DNA of 64,000 bases, taken from positions 1,780,806-1,844,805 of the forward strand of contig NW_003314271.1 in NCBI RefSeq assembly GCF_000143415.4, given 5' to 3'. This document shows positions 11,471 through 22,459 of this stretch, piece by piece. The stretch's first letter is position 1, and every line of letters starts with the position of its first letter. This DNA is from Selaginella moellendorffii (Eukaryota; Plantae; Lycopodiophyta). The notes beneath the pieces were generated by a model, which was given only the letters and a program-made list of their open reading frames with translations, was not told the origin of the DNA and searched no databases. A program made the position numbers and the translations under genes.

Positions 11471-12625
11471 CTAATCAACGTCGGTCAATTCCTGGTCAAT
11501 CCAGATTCTCATCTTCTCCCACCTCTTGCGATCTGTGTAGAAGTCCCGGAAATCCCACGACTCATCGATCCATCCCCTGGAGATGGCGTGCAGCCTCGCC
11601 TGGCGCGCGTGAAAATTGAGTGCCTCGCGCAGTGGCCGGTGATTCGTGATGAATTTGAGCCTCGCCCCATCGATCGCCGCGAAAGAGAGCGCGGCGAGCT
11701 CTGGATCGTCGCTGCCGCTCCAATTCCCTCTCGACTCCGCCACCGAGACGAGCAGCCTGTCCCGGATCGATGGATCCAGCACGCGGCACACGATTTGATC
11801 GCGGCCGCCATCGCTGCTCTCCGGATCAACCAGGAAGCACAGATGGAGGCGATCGAAGCAGCACTCGATCGGCGAGAACAGCATCAGGCCATTGGCTGGA
11901 TCGTCGATGTCCTCCAATCCCATCACTGCCTGGGCGACGCGCGCCCACTCGTGCTTGAAGAGATGGGCGGCGATGAGGCTCCTAGCCGGGACGAGGCGAT
12001 CGACCGCTGGGCAGTAGAGCTTCTTATCGATCGTTGATCCACGCGAAAATCTCTTGTAGCCATAGGCCTCCAGCAGCCGGGCCCGGAAGCTCCGATTTCT
12101 TGGGGTTGCGATGAGCTTGCCCGATCCATAGGAGAGATTGACGCGATTGATCTTCATCTGGACCTCTGTGACATGAGAGATTGCTTCCAGCTTCGTGGCC
12201 AGTCGCTGGATCTTGTCCTCCATCTCCTGGATCTTGGCAATGGTGTCCCCTTGCTGTGATTCGAGCGTGCGGTGGAGCAATCCTCTCGTTTTGATCGATG
12301 GATTTGGGTCCTTGATGCTGCTGCTCTCGAGTGGAAATCCCAGCCCAATTGGGATAGAAACCGGCTCGATCTCAATCTCCTCGTGATTTCTCCGGATGGC
12401 ACTGGGGATCCCCTCGTGCTGAATTGGATGTTTGCGGTGGAATTCGATAGATTTGAAGCTCCTGGTAACTGGGAGGGAAGAAGATCGCGCGGGGCCCCTG
12501 TTTCTAGGGCTAGAACAGAGAACTGACGATTGAGCTCTCGATCTGGCGCTGCCGATTGCGAACGCGATCGCTGCTGGAGCTGGAAGGAATCGGGAATCCA
12601 GCGCCATGAGCTTGATCCACCGCAT
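11471..12625 (-). CDS. Intronless HNH endonuclease-domain protein (HNH_2/Crinkler-associated type) with a coiled-coil and a transit-peptide-like N-terminus
   Basis: C(P)AVD...AAHLFK...IDDPANGLMLFSPIECCFD...RPLREALNFHA; heptad segment IAKIQEMEDKIQRLATKLEAI; first ATG at 12625. Confidence 0.75.
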   Translation of the reverse strand: MRWIKLMALDSRFLPAPAAIAFAIGSARSRAQSSVLCSSPRNRGPARSSSLPVTRSFKSIEFHRKHPIQHEGIPSAIRRNHEEIEIEPVSIPIGLGFPLESSSIKDPNPSIKTRGLLHRTLESQQGDTIAKIQEMEDKIQRLATKLEAISHVTEVQMKINRVNLSYGSGKLIATPRNRSFRARLLEAYGYKRFSRGSTIDKKLYCPAVDRLVPARSLIAAHLFKHEWARVAQAVMGLEDIDDPANGLMLFSPIECCFDRLHLCFLVDPESSDGGRDQIVCRVLDPSIRDRLLVSVAESRGNWSGSDDPELAALSFAAIDGARLKFITNHRPLREALNFHARQARLHAISRGWIDESWDFRDFYTDRKRWEKMRIWIDQELTDVD

Positions 12626-12809
12626 TGTCACCTAGAGAGCCATCCTTTGATTCCTTCTCTTCTCTCTTCCGCGCGAATTGGAAGAAGCTTGAAGCATTCG
12701 AGATCCCAAGAGCTTTCATCTCAAGCTGCCACGTGTACGGTGGAAATTTTTAAAAATCCTTGCGAGGATATTCCGTCCTTCCAACGGGTAGGGTTTTAGG
12801 GCAGGAGCG

Positions 12810-13907
12810 ATGGAGGAAGAGCTCTGGAGCTCGCAAAGGGATGTCATCGCCAAGGTTTTTGTGCTCCTGCCGCTCGAAGACATCATCCGCATTCGATCCG
12901 TGTGTAAGTCTTGGCACTCGCTCGTCGGATCGGGCGAGTTTCTCGAGCTCTGGAAGCGCAAATCCGCCAGGCGGTCGCAGCCGCCGTGGATTTGCGTCCG
13001 GGCGTGGCGAGAATCCCTGCAGCAGCAACGAGCGCCGCCGAAATCCGAGGTTTGGAGTCCCGTCGGAGGCCCCAGAGTAGCGTTCCCCTTCACGTTTCGT
13101 CCGCCAGGAACATCGCAGCTCCAGATTATGGCGTCCTCGCGTGGCCTGGTGTGCGGCCAGGGATTCAATGGGGCGCTCTACGTGGGAAATCCTTTGAAGG
13201 GTCTGTGGCACCAGCTGCCATTGCCACCTACAAGCATTGGCAGCCACCAGGCGACCATGGCCGTGGCCGCCACTGGGAATTCGTACAAGGTCGGTTTCTT
13301 TGGAGCATTGCCATTTCTCATCTATGATTCCAGACTGGAAACTTGGGTGACCGACGCTAGCTACTACAGGCCAGGGACTTGCATTACCAGGGATCTCCGA
13401 GGCTCGCTCTACATGAGCAATCTTCCCGGCAGCGTTATATGCTACGATATGAGCTCGAGATCATGGTCGGAGGTGGAAGTTTGTGGCTTCCCGGATAAAA
13501 GCCATCAAAGGCTGGATATCATGGTTTGCAGCTCCATGATCAATCACAGGGGGAGACACATCCAAGTTTCGGCATTGCTGAGTGACGACAAGAAGCTCTG
13601 GTACGAGATATGGGAGCTTGTACCTGGGAATCAGTCGTTACCCAGGGGCTGTAAAATGGCCTGGAGGATCTTATCTACGAGCCTGACACTGAATGAGATT
13701 ACGCTGGAGGGAAGCTTTATCTTCGTCCAGGCAGGAGACATGCTGGTGGTGTACCCCCGGCTGCTGCGAGGTTCTCACTCAGTTTCGGAAGAGTGGCGCT
13801 CCAATTTTCCTCCAGCAGTGGCTTTCAACGTTGAGCTGAGCTCCTGGCACGTCTTAGAAGAATCGTTTGAGGGGATTTTTGTGCCGAGCTTAACGACACA
13901 GCCTTGA
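12810..13907 (+). CDS. F-box protein with beta-propeller/kelch-like C-terminus, intronless
   Basis: N-terminal F-box DVIAKVFVLLPLEDIIRIRSVCKSWHSLV; ASSRGLVC...VGNPL..LWHQLP typical of plant F-box proteins. Confidence 0.88.
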   Translation: MEEELWSSQRDVIAKVFVLLPLEDIIRIRSVCKSWHSLVGSGEFLELWKRKSARRSQPPWICVRAWRESLQQQRAPPKSEVWSPVGGPRVAFPFTFRPPGTSQLQIMASSRGLVCGQGFNGALYVGNPLKGLWHQLPLPPTSIGSHQATMAVAATGNSYKVGFFGALPFLIYDSRLETWVTDASYYRPGTCITRDLRGSLYMSNLPGSVICYDMSSRSWSEVEVCGFPDKSHQRLDIMVCSSMINHRGRHIQVSALLSDDKKLWYEIWELVPGNQSLPRGCKMAWRILSTSLTLNEITLEGSFIFVQAGDMLVVYPRLLRGSHSVSEEWRSNFPPAVAFNVELSSWHVLEESFEGIFVPSLTTQP

Positions 13908-14202
13908 GGTACAGAAAGTTCCAGTCTCTTCTTTCTTTATATATGTTTTGATGTGATGGAACTATAGAATATTACGTACGTGAGATGGGCATGATATACC
14001 TCCTGATAATCGGGACAAACGTTACGTGTCCTTTTGGAGGTTGTTCGTGGCAGAAATTCAGCAATCCAGCACAGCACACGGGTCTTCTTTATTCGAGTGT
14101 ATCATTGACCCCGTTGAGTGCGCAGCAACTCCAAAACCTTGAGGTGATTTCAAGTTTCTTGGACTTGACGATCTTAATTCAGGCGGTGACAAGAGGAGCT
14201 TA

Positions 14203-17200
14203 ATGGCGGCTGAAGAATCGGCTCGCATTGCGCCTCCGCAAGGGCTCCGGTCTCAATCTTCAGTTGCCAAGCAGCATCACAGGCACCTCCGTCGGCATGG
14301 CAGTCATGAACTGGAGGACGAAGAGCTGGAAAATGAGGCAGATCTAGAAACTGTTGAGGAAGAAAAATCAAATCTTTTGCTCTACGGCAAGCTCGAGGTA
14401 GGAATTGGGGATTGCAAGAACTTGGTGTTCAGGGGGCCGCTCACAGACTGCGTCCGCATGCGAATTCCGATGTCCTGCAATCCCAAAGTATCCAAGAAGA
14501 CGCGATATCCAAAACGGGGGCTCTACGTTGTTTTGAGCATTGGGGGAGCAAGGCTTGGTCGAACCCGGATATCAAAAAAACCATCCTGGAACGAACAATT
14601 ATCCATCCATGTAAGTCATTTTGCGACGGAAGTTGTGCTGACCGTGAAAGACGACGGGCTTTTATTTGGGCCTCACGTCCTCGGCAGGGTCCGAATACCA
14701 GCGGAGGAAGTTCTTTCGAAGAAGCCCATCGAGGGGTGGTTTCCGCTGTTAAGCAGAGGAAGGCAGAAACAGGATACGCAGCTCAACCTTTTTATCAAGT
14801 ACACTCCTGTCGAGGAAGATCGGAATTACATTGAAGGTGTTGGTCCGGGGATTGGTGTGGAGAAGGTGTACTTTCCTCTTAGAACAGGATGCCGAGTGAG
14901 GCTGTATCAAGACGCTCACGCGGAGGTGCCTCCTCTCAAGCCGATAAGTCTCGACAATGGCCAGGAATTCGTGAGGCAATGCTGCTGGGAGGATCTCTGC
15001 CGGGCAATTGTCGATGCTCACCACATCGTGTATATTATCGGATGGGCAGTCTTTCATAGAACCAGGCTGGTGAGAACTGGTCACAAGGACTTGCCGGACT
15101 TAACACTGGGTGAGCTTCTTAAGCAAAAGTCTGCAGAGGGTGTGAGAGTTCTCTTGCTTGTTTGGGATGACAAGACGTCTCACAGGACAAGGTTCTTCAA
15201 AATCGTAAGATACTTTCTTTGCTTGTAAGTTATTACATTAACTTTTAACTTGCTTTCCAGGATGGTGTTATGGGGACTCACGACGAGGACACAAAGAAAT
15301 ATTTTAAGCATTCTGCAGTGAAGTGTGTCCTTTCTCCTCGCTATGGAGACAACAAGCTCAGCTGGTTTAGACAAAAGGTAAGTTTATCATAACTCTTACA
15401 AAAATCATTGTTGTCTGTGCAGATTGTGGGAACCTTGTATACTCATCATCAGAAGCTGGTAATAGCTGATACTCAGGGCCCGGGACAAACTCGAAAGATC
15501 ACCTCATTTTTGGGAGGTCTAGACCTTTGCGATGGTCGTTATGATACTCAAAAGCACTCTCTTTTCAACACTTTAACCACAATTCACAAAGATGACTGCT
15601 ACAACGCCATGTTTTCGGTAAGTTGTCAGTGAAATTTGAGACCTTTTGATTGACTTTGTTATGCAGGCAACTGCCGAGAGTGGAGGGCCAAGGCAACCTT
15701 GGCATGATCAGCATTGCATGCTTGAAGGTCCAGCTGCGTACGACTGTCTCAAAAATTTTGAGCAGCGATGGTTGAAATCCTCGAACTGGCACGACGATGA
15801 GCTGGTTCAGATCTCACGAATTTCGTGGATACTTGGTCCAATCAAGGAGCATCCGGAGGAGGATAAAGCGCTTCTAGTATCACAGCATGATGATCCAGAG
15901 ACATGGCATGCGCAAGTGCGTTGCAAGTTTTCTCCTTTCATCCTGACTGAAATAGCCTGCAGGTGTTTCGTTCGATTGATTCCGGTTCTGTGAAAGGGTT
16001 TCCAAAGAGTGCTCTGGGTGCCGAAGTCGAGGTAATTTTTGTAGCTGTAGAATGGGGTTTTATACAAGCTGTTGTTTGAGCAGCATTTGATTTGCGGAAA
16101 GAACATTGCTATCGACAAAAGTATACATGCCGCATACGTGGAGAGGATAAGGTCTGCTCGGCATTTTATCTACATTGAAAATCAGTATTTTCTGGGTTCT
16201 TCGTATGCTTGGCCTGACTATAAAAATGCTGGTAATAATCTCAAGGCTTCATGTTTTAGTTGCTAACATTCGCGATACTCTCAGGTGCAACGCATTTAAT
16301 TCCGATGGAGATTGCTCTGAAAATTGACGCTAATATCCGAAAACGCAAAAGGTTCGCTGTGTATGTGCTTGTACCCATGTGGCCGGAAGGCGCTCCCGAC
16401 AGTGCTTCTGGACAAGAAATCTTATATTTCCAGGCCAGTATTCTTCCGTTTTTTAAGTGCATAGAAGTATTGACACTTTGTATTCTCATCTAAACCAGGC
16501 ACAAACCATGGAGACGATGTATCGTGTGGTTGCAAAAGCTCTAGCAGACACCGGACTTGACAAAGAGTATCATCCCAGAGACTACTTAAACTTCTACTGC
16601 CTTGGCAATCGCGAGAAACGGAATCACGAGCCCGAGAAGCCACCACCTGAGAAGTCGAAACAGGTACTATTGCACTCGGGGCTTTTTAAGATCTTTTAGT
16701 TTTTAATTTGTGACAGCATACTGTACAAGAAAATGGCCGTTTTCTTATCTATGTTCATGCCAAAAGCATGATTGTAGACGATGAATACGTGATCATAGGC
16801 TCTGCAAACATCAACCAGAGATCGATGGATGGTTGCCGAGACACTGAAATAGCAATGGGAGCGTTCCAGCCAAACTACACGTGGAAGCAACAGCAGAAAC
16901 ATCCCAGAGGCCAGGCAAGCTCAGTTCCTCGCTCGTAGCAACTTAAAACTCACCTTCGTTTCTACAGGTCTATGGCCATAGAATTTCGCTGTGGGCCGAG
17001 CATCTGGCTTGCGTGGAAGATTGTTTCGAAGATCCAGAAAGCGTGGAAACAGTCCGCCGTGTGAATCACCTGGCGGAGGAGAACTGGAAGCAGTATGTCG
17101 GCGAGGAAGTGGTCGATATGCAAGGCCATCTCATGCCTTACCCGGTGGAGGTCACCCCGGAAGGAAAGCTCGAGCCACTCCAAGGTTTCGAGAACTTCCC

Positions 17201-17264
17201 CGATCTTGGAGGCAAGGTACTGGGAACTCCTCACGCGCAACTTCCAGACCAGCTGACCTCGTGA
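14203..17264 (+). CDS. PLD: C2-domain phospholipase D (beta/gamma/delta type)
   Basis: C2 domain; two HKD motifs ([23 protein letters not shown]); [13 protein letters not shown]; C-terminal [10 protein letters not shown]...LTS. Confidence 0.95.
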
Positions 17265-17385
17265 TTTTGTACGGAATGTCTAACCCCGTACACGTATGAT
17301 TTGTACGAAATAACGGTTTTAACTCTCCGTACGAGAACCCAGGGTTTTAACGAATTAGGGTTCTTCGGCAATTTAGGGCTCTTGA

Positions 17386-19706
17386 ATGGAGAAGCTGCGG
17401 GGATGGCTCACGCGAGGCGCCGATCGTGGCGCCGGCGATTGCAGCTGCAAGGGTGAGTGCAATAGCAACGATGATGGAGTAGGAGGCGGCGGGGCTGTCA
17501 AGCTGAAGCTGCTGTTCGCGTCGGAGACGGGCACTTCGGCCGCATTGGCGAAGCGCCTGGCTGGGAAGCTGGGTGAGAGGGGGATTCCAGTGGAGCTGGT
17601 CGATCCCAGCGGGTACGAGCCCGAGGAATTTCTCAAGGAGAGGCTGGTGGTGATGGTCGTGTCGACATGGGAGGACGGGAATCCTCCCAAGCACGCGGCT
17701 TTCTTCGTGAACTGGCTCGCCGAGAGCTCCACGGACTTTCGAGTTGGATCAAAGGCGCTGGCCGAGTGCCGGTTTGCGGTGTTTGGCGTTGGAAGCCGCG
17801 AGTATGGTTCCAAGTTTAATGCCGTTGGAAGAGCCGTGGAGAAGTACATGGCGGACCTGGGAGCGCAAAGATTGGTGGAGAGGGGCGAGGGAGACGTCGA
17901 TGGAGGCAGGCTAGATGCTACTTTCGATGGCTGGTCGGCAAGGCTCGTTCGCAAAGTGAAAGAGTTTCTCGAGAGAGATTCCATCGCAGTGGAACCGGCT
18001 GCTGCGGTTGAAGGAGATGAGAGTGACGACGATGGCGAGTTTGATGACAGTAAGGAGGATTTCGACTTGGAAGATTTGGCTGGCAAGTATCCTCGAGCGA
18101 CGAATGGAAAGCCCGTTAGCGATGGAGAGGCGAAGGAGATGGTGACGCCCGTTATCAGGTCCAGCTTAGAGAAACAGGTATCTGTTTCTCAGATTTAAGT
18201 TGAGATGGCCACTTCTTATCTTTGTTTCTTCTCTTTCGTTCCTTGCAGGGGTACAAGGTAATTGGATCTCACAGCGGTGTGAAGTTATGTAGATGGACAA
18301 AGTCTCAACTACGCGGTCGTGGTGGCTGCTACAAGCATACCTTTTATGGAATTGAGAGCCACAGGTGGGAAAATTTCTGCTTTTTCTACGATGATTCATG
18401 ATGTTATTAAGTACTTTTCAGATGTATGGAGGCAACGCCGAGCCTTGCGTGCGCAAACAAATGCGTCTTCTGCTGGAGGCACCATACAAATCCCGTTGGA
18501 AAGTCGTGGAAGTGGAAGATGGATGATCCTTTGGATATAGTGACGACTGCTCTGGATCATCATAAGAAGATGATCAAGCAAATGAAAGGCGTCCCTGGTA
18601 AGTACTTTCCTAGCAAGTAGCTCAACTCACGGCTTTGCTGTGATATTGGCTCAGGTGTGAAAGATGATCGTCTGGAAGAAGGCCTTCGTCCAAGGCATTG
18701 TGCTCTGTCACTTGTTGGAGAACCCATCATGTATCCGGAGATTAACACTCTGGTCGACGAGCTGCATAAGAGACATATATCTACGTTTCTGGTGACTAAT
18801 GCCCAGTTCCCCGACAAAATTGCATCTTTACATCCCGTCACACAGGTAGGCTTCTTAAATTCTGTCTGTGTCCCTGTGTCTGAAAACGGTTATGCAGCTA
18901 TACGTGAGCGTTGATGCTGCAACAAAGGAGAGGCTAAAAGCCATAGACAGGCCTCTTTTCAGCGACTATTGGGAGCGTTTCATCGTAAGTCGTTTGCATT
19001 CAAAGCTCCTTTTGCGAAGCTAAGCTTCCTTTTCTCTTTTCTCTAGGATTCTTTGAAGGCGCTTTTAGATAAGCAACAGAGGACGGTGTATCGCTTGACT
19101 TTAGTTAAAGGATGGAATACCGCCGAAATTACGGCATACGCAGAGCTTTTGAAACTGGGAAGGCCGGACTTTATTGAGATCAAGGGAGTTACCTACTGTG
19201 GCTCGTAAGTCTCTTTCGGTTTTTGCTCCTCTCATAAAGACCCGTTTCTCTGGTTTTCAAGGTCTAAGACATCAACGTTGACCATGGAGAACGTTCCTTG
19301 GCACGAGGATGTGCGAGAGTTTTCGGAGGCGTTATCTGCAGAGACCCGAGGAGAGTACGAGCTGGCGTGTGAGCACGTCCACTCGTGCTGTGTTCTCCTG
19401 GCTAATGTCTCCAAGTTCAAAGCCGATGGACAGTGGCATACATGGATCGACTATGACAAGTTCCAGGAGCTGGTAAGCGGGCAGAGCAGACAGGAGTAAT
19501 GCACTTTGCTTCCTTGCTTCTAAAGAACTTCGCTTTTCTTGCACCAGGTGACAAGTGGGGAATCCTTCAGCAGTGAGGACTACATGGCAACCACCCCGGC
19601 CTGGGCTGTGTATGGTGCTGTCGAAGGTGGCTTTGATCCCACTGAAACGAGAGTTAGAAAGGAGAGACGGCATGGCGGTGGCGGTGTTAGCGGTGGCTGT
19701 ACTTAA
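17386..19706 (+). CDS. TYW1: tRNA wybutosine-synthesizing protein 1 (flavodoxin + radical SAM)
   Basis: Flavodoxin ASETGTS...STWEDG...FAVFGVGS; TPSLACANKCVFCWRH (CxxxCxxC); HCALSLVGEP; CEHVHSCC; TAA ends at 19706. Confidence 0.95.
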
Positions 19707-19780
19707 GGGAAGAAGCCTCATCTCTTCTACTTGCCAGTTAAGTTTTTCGTTTTATTTCGTCATTCGCTCACAGAGATTGT

Positions 19781-20221
19781 TTACATGTGGACGCCGCAGA
19801 ATTCCAGATACCCATTATTGTTTCCAAAGTAGTGATTGAGGTCCGTTTCCGTGGTGATATTGTTGCCCTTCCCGTCGGGGCACGCCGCACGCATCAAGTT
19901 GCTGTGGAGCTCGACGTCGCAGCTATCAAAAATGCCACTGCCGGAGATGATACGACCATTGTAGTTTCCCAAGTTCTCCTGCAAGTTGAAGAACTGGTGC
20001 TCCCACCTTGGCTCGCACTTGGCATATAACCAGTACTTGACGAGCGCAACGGGACGGCAGGAGAATGCGAATTGATCGCAAGCCTGTGGAAGAAGGATCA
20101 ATGGAAACTGGAAGAGGTGAGTGTTCTTCTTTTCTTTTCTCTCACTCTCTTCGGTTCTTACCTGGGTGTTTATGAGCAGAGAAGCCGTAGCTGTCACGAG
20201 CAGGAGCAAGTGTTTCTTCAT
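19781..20221 (-). CDS. Secreted cyanovirin-N homolog (CVNH) lectin, exons 20221-20162 and 20083-19781
   Basis: Signal peptide, then two internal repeats F..SC...L.A.C......NL...LGN.NG.I and F.SC...L..A.C.DGKG....DLNHYFGNNNGYLEF; 78-nt GT-AG intron. Confidence 0.8.
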   Translation of the reverse strand: MKKHLLLLVTATASLLINTQVRTEESERKEKKNTHLFQFPLILLPQACDQFAFSCRPVALVKYWLYAKCEPRWEHQFFNLQENLGNYNGRIISGSGIFDSCDVELHSNLMRAACPDGKGNNITTETDLNHYFGNNNGYLEFCGVHM

Positions 20222-21774
20222 TGGGAACTTGTGAAGAGTTGCCGTCGCTACACTTCCCGTTATCGAGTTGGATTAAAAGGAATGATCTTTCGTCTTGGTG
20301 TAGGACCAAAAGAACGTCCGGACAAAGGAGACGTCTTCTAGCCGAGGCAAGCCAGCTTTGTTTCGTTTCTAAAGTGTATCTAGTGTAATCCCTGTTGCCG
20401 GATCATCGATTCCATGATGACATATTGGAAGACAATCAAAACAGTATAAATGAGAAAATCCGGAGGAAATGGTTTCTTTGCGCTGATTGTTTAAATAATT
20501 GTACTATAGTGTTTTTACGTCCTGAAAGTCTTTGGAGTTGCAGGAGAGTAGCTTTCTCTCTTGAGTACCTAGGAAACTGGATCTGTAGCGTACTCCACTG
20601 GTCCCTCTTATTCAATCCAATCCAAATCCTTTTGCTCGCTGGATCATCCACTGGATCAAACGGAATCGCCCAAGGAATCCCCAGATCCCTCCTTCAAAGC
20701 ACACCCAGTGATTGCTCCTTGAGTGGTGGAAAACTTCCAAGCAATGCTTTCTCCCCCTCCAAATCCATTCTTTTCTTACTTGAAGTGAATGCTTCCACAT
20801 GAGGATCATGTTCTCCAGTGTGGGTTTTGCTTTTCTACCTGGCTTGCTTTGACCGGTAGGTTCGGGGGGGACTTTGGCTCGGTACGGTCATGCCAGACCT
20901 AACGCTGCAGGTTGGGTGCTCCTTTACACCAAGTCCTTGGCAAAGACAGTGTCCTTACTAGCTCTTCCAGCTTTTGTGCTACATATATCCTGCGAGAAAA
21001 CGGAATGGAGGACTGCGAAAGAGCACCAACATTCTCTTTGGCTTTCGCCTCGAGAAAATCGAAATCCGCGAACGGGGCATTGAACTCCAAACTAAAACCG
21101 CCGTTAAACCCGGCTAAAGCCCCACTAAACCTGGCTTGATCCTGACAGGAACATGGAATCCACCTTGACTGGACCAGGCCTTTTGTCCATGCATTGGGTG
21201 GTGTTAGGGCAAAGGTCACCATCTTTGCAATCATCTCTCTCTTAAGAAAACAATTGAAAAGAAATAAAGGATGGCAAAGTCTTCTGCAATTTGACCCTAA
21301 ACCCCACTGTAATCCCAAATCACCTGATAGGATAAAGTTCTCCCTGCATTTTGTGCTTTGGTTGAAACTTTCAAAAGGAAAAACAAGAGATTTAATCTAC
21401 CTTTTTTTCTTAAAAAATAGAAAAACTTCTCTTTCTCTCTTTTGGCCTTGCCTTTGCATTGCATCTGCTGCTGCTGCTGGCTGCTATCCTGCTGCAGCAC
21501 ACACTGGCACAGGCCACACAAGTCAGGCCAAAAAAAAAAAAAAAAGAAAGGGGGAACAACAACTGGAAGGAAAGGAGGCCTCCAAGCAAAATCCAAGGCA
21601 AGTAAAACCAGGCTAAAAATCTCTTCCAGCCCAAAATCCAAGCACACAAGCAAAGCAAAGCACAAAGATGGCTGGCTGGCTGGCTGCTCTGCATTGCCCA
21701 CATGCTCCATGATCATCTCCTCTCACAACAACATGGAATCTCCAGGGGCATCTCTGGAGCATCTCTCCATGGCA

Positions 21775-21895
21775 TGACTCTCTCTCTCTCTTCTCTCTCC
21801 CTCTCTTTCTCTTTCTCTCTCTTCCTGCCATGGAAGACAGGAGAAGAGAGAACACACAAAAGAAGCGTAGGAACAAAATGGTTTTTCTTCTCTCC

Positions 21896-21935
<40 letters not shown>
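21775..21935. repeat. (CT)n microsatellite-rich tract upstream of the BPP-like gene
   Basis: Two CT-rich runs including a pure (CT)n run at ~21899-21935. Confidence 0.9.
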
Positions 21936-21940
<5 letters not shown>

Positions 21941-22214
21941 CTCTTGGAGCAGCAATGCCACCAATGGAATCAGACGATCTAAGACGCCGATGCTGATGAT
22001 GGAGCCAAAATCGACACACTCGGTGCTGGATTCTTCGTCTTCCTCCTCCTAAGCAGCTTCTAAAGCGCGCTCTGCGATATCGGCAGCTATGGTGGAAGGA
22101 GAGCTCAATGGATGACGATCAGGGGTGGCAGAGTAGGAGGCATGGATTCTCGTGGACGCTCCAGCTCCTGCATTGGAAGCACGGGCCTGGAATGAGGAAG
22201 AGGTGAAAGAGTGA

Positions 22215-22250
22215 AAGAGAGAGAGAGTGTGTGTGTGTGTGTGTGTGTGT
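22215..22250. repeat. Compound (GA)n(GT)n microsatellite
   Basis: agagagagagagtgtgtgtgtgtg... seen directly. Confidence 0.9.
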
Positions 22251-22459
22251 GAAAGTGTGAGAGGCGAGAGGAGGAAGAAGAAGATCGGGGATGTGGGTCT
22301 AGCCAGGACTGGCGACCCACGAGAGGATTTGGATCGCGAGCAAGTGGGTTGCTCCCGGAATGTAGCTGCGCGGAAGGGATTGGATCGATCGATCGAATGA
22401 GCGCCGGAGGAATAGAAGGAGCGCAGCATCGGAGGGGACACAGCACAGGGTCGAGCGCC

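Noticed and set aside
17373-18086. Long antisense ORFs opposite GC-rich exons (also 10024-10680, 23132-23764, 5660-6256)
   Set aside because: Shadow ORFs of real genes on the other strand.
20395-22400. Numerous 60-140 aa ORFs upstream of the BPP-like gene
   Set aside because: Low-complexity or microsatellite-derived with no recognisable domain; more likely promoter, 5' UTR or intron.
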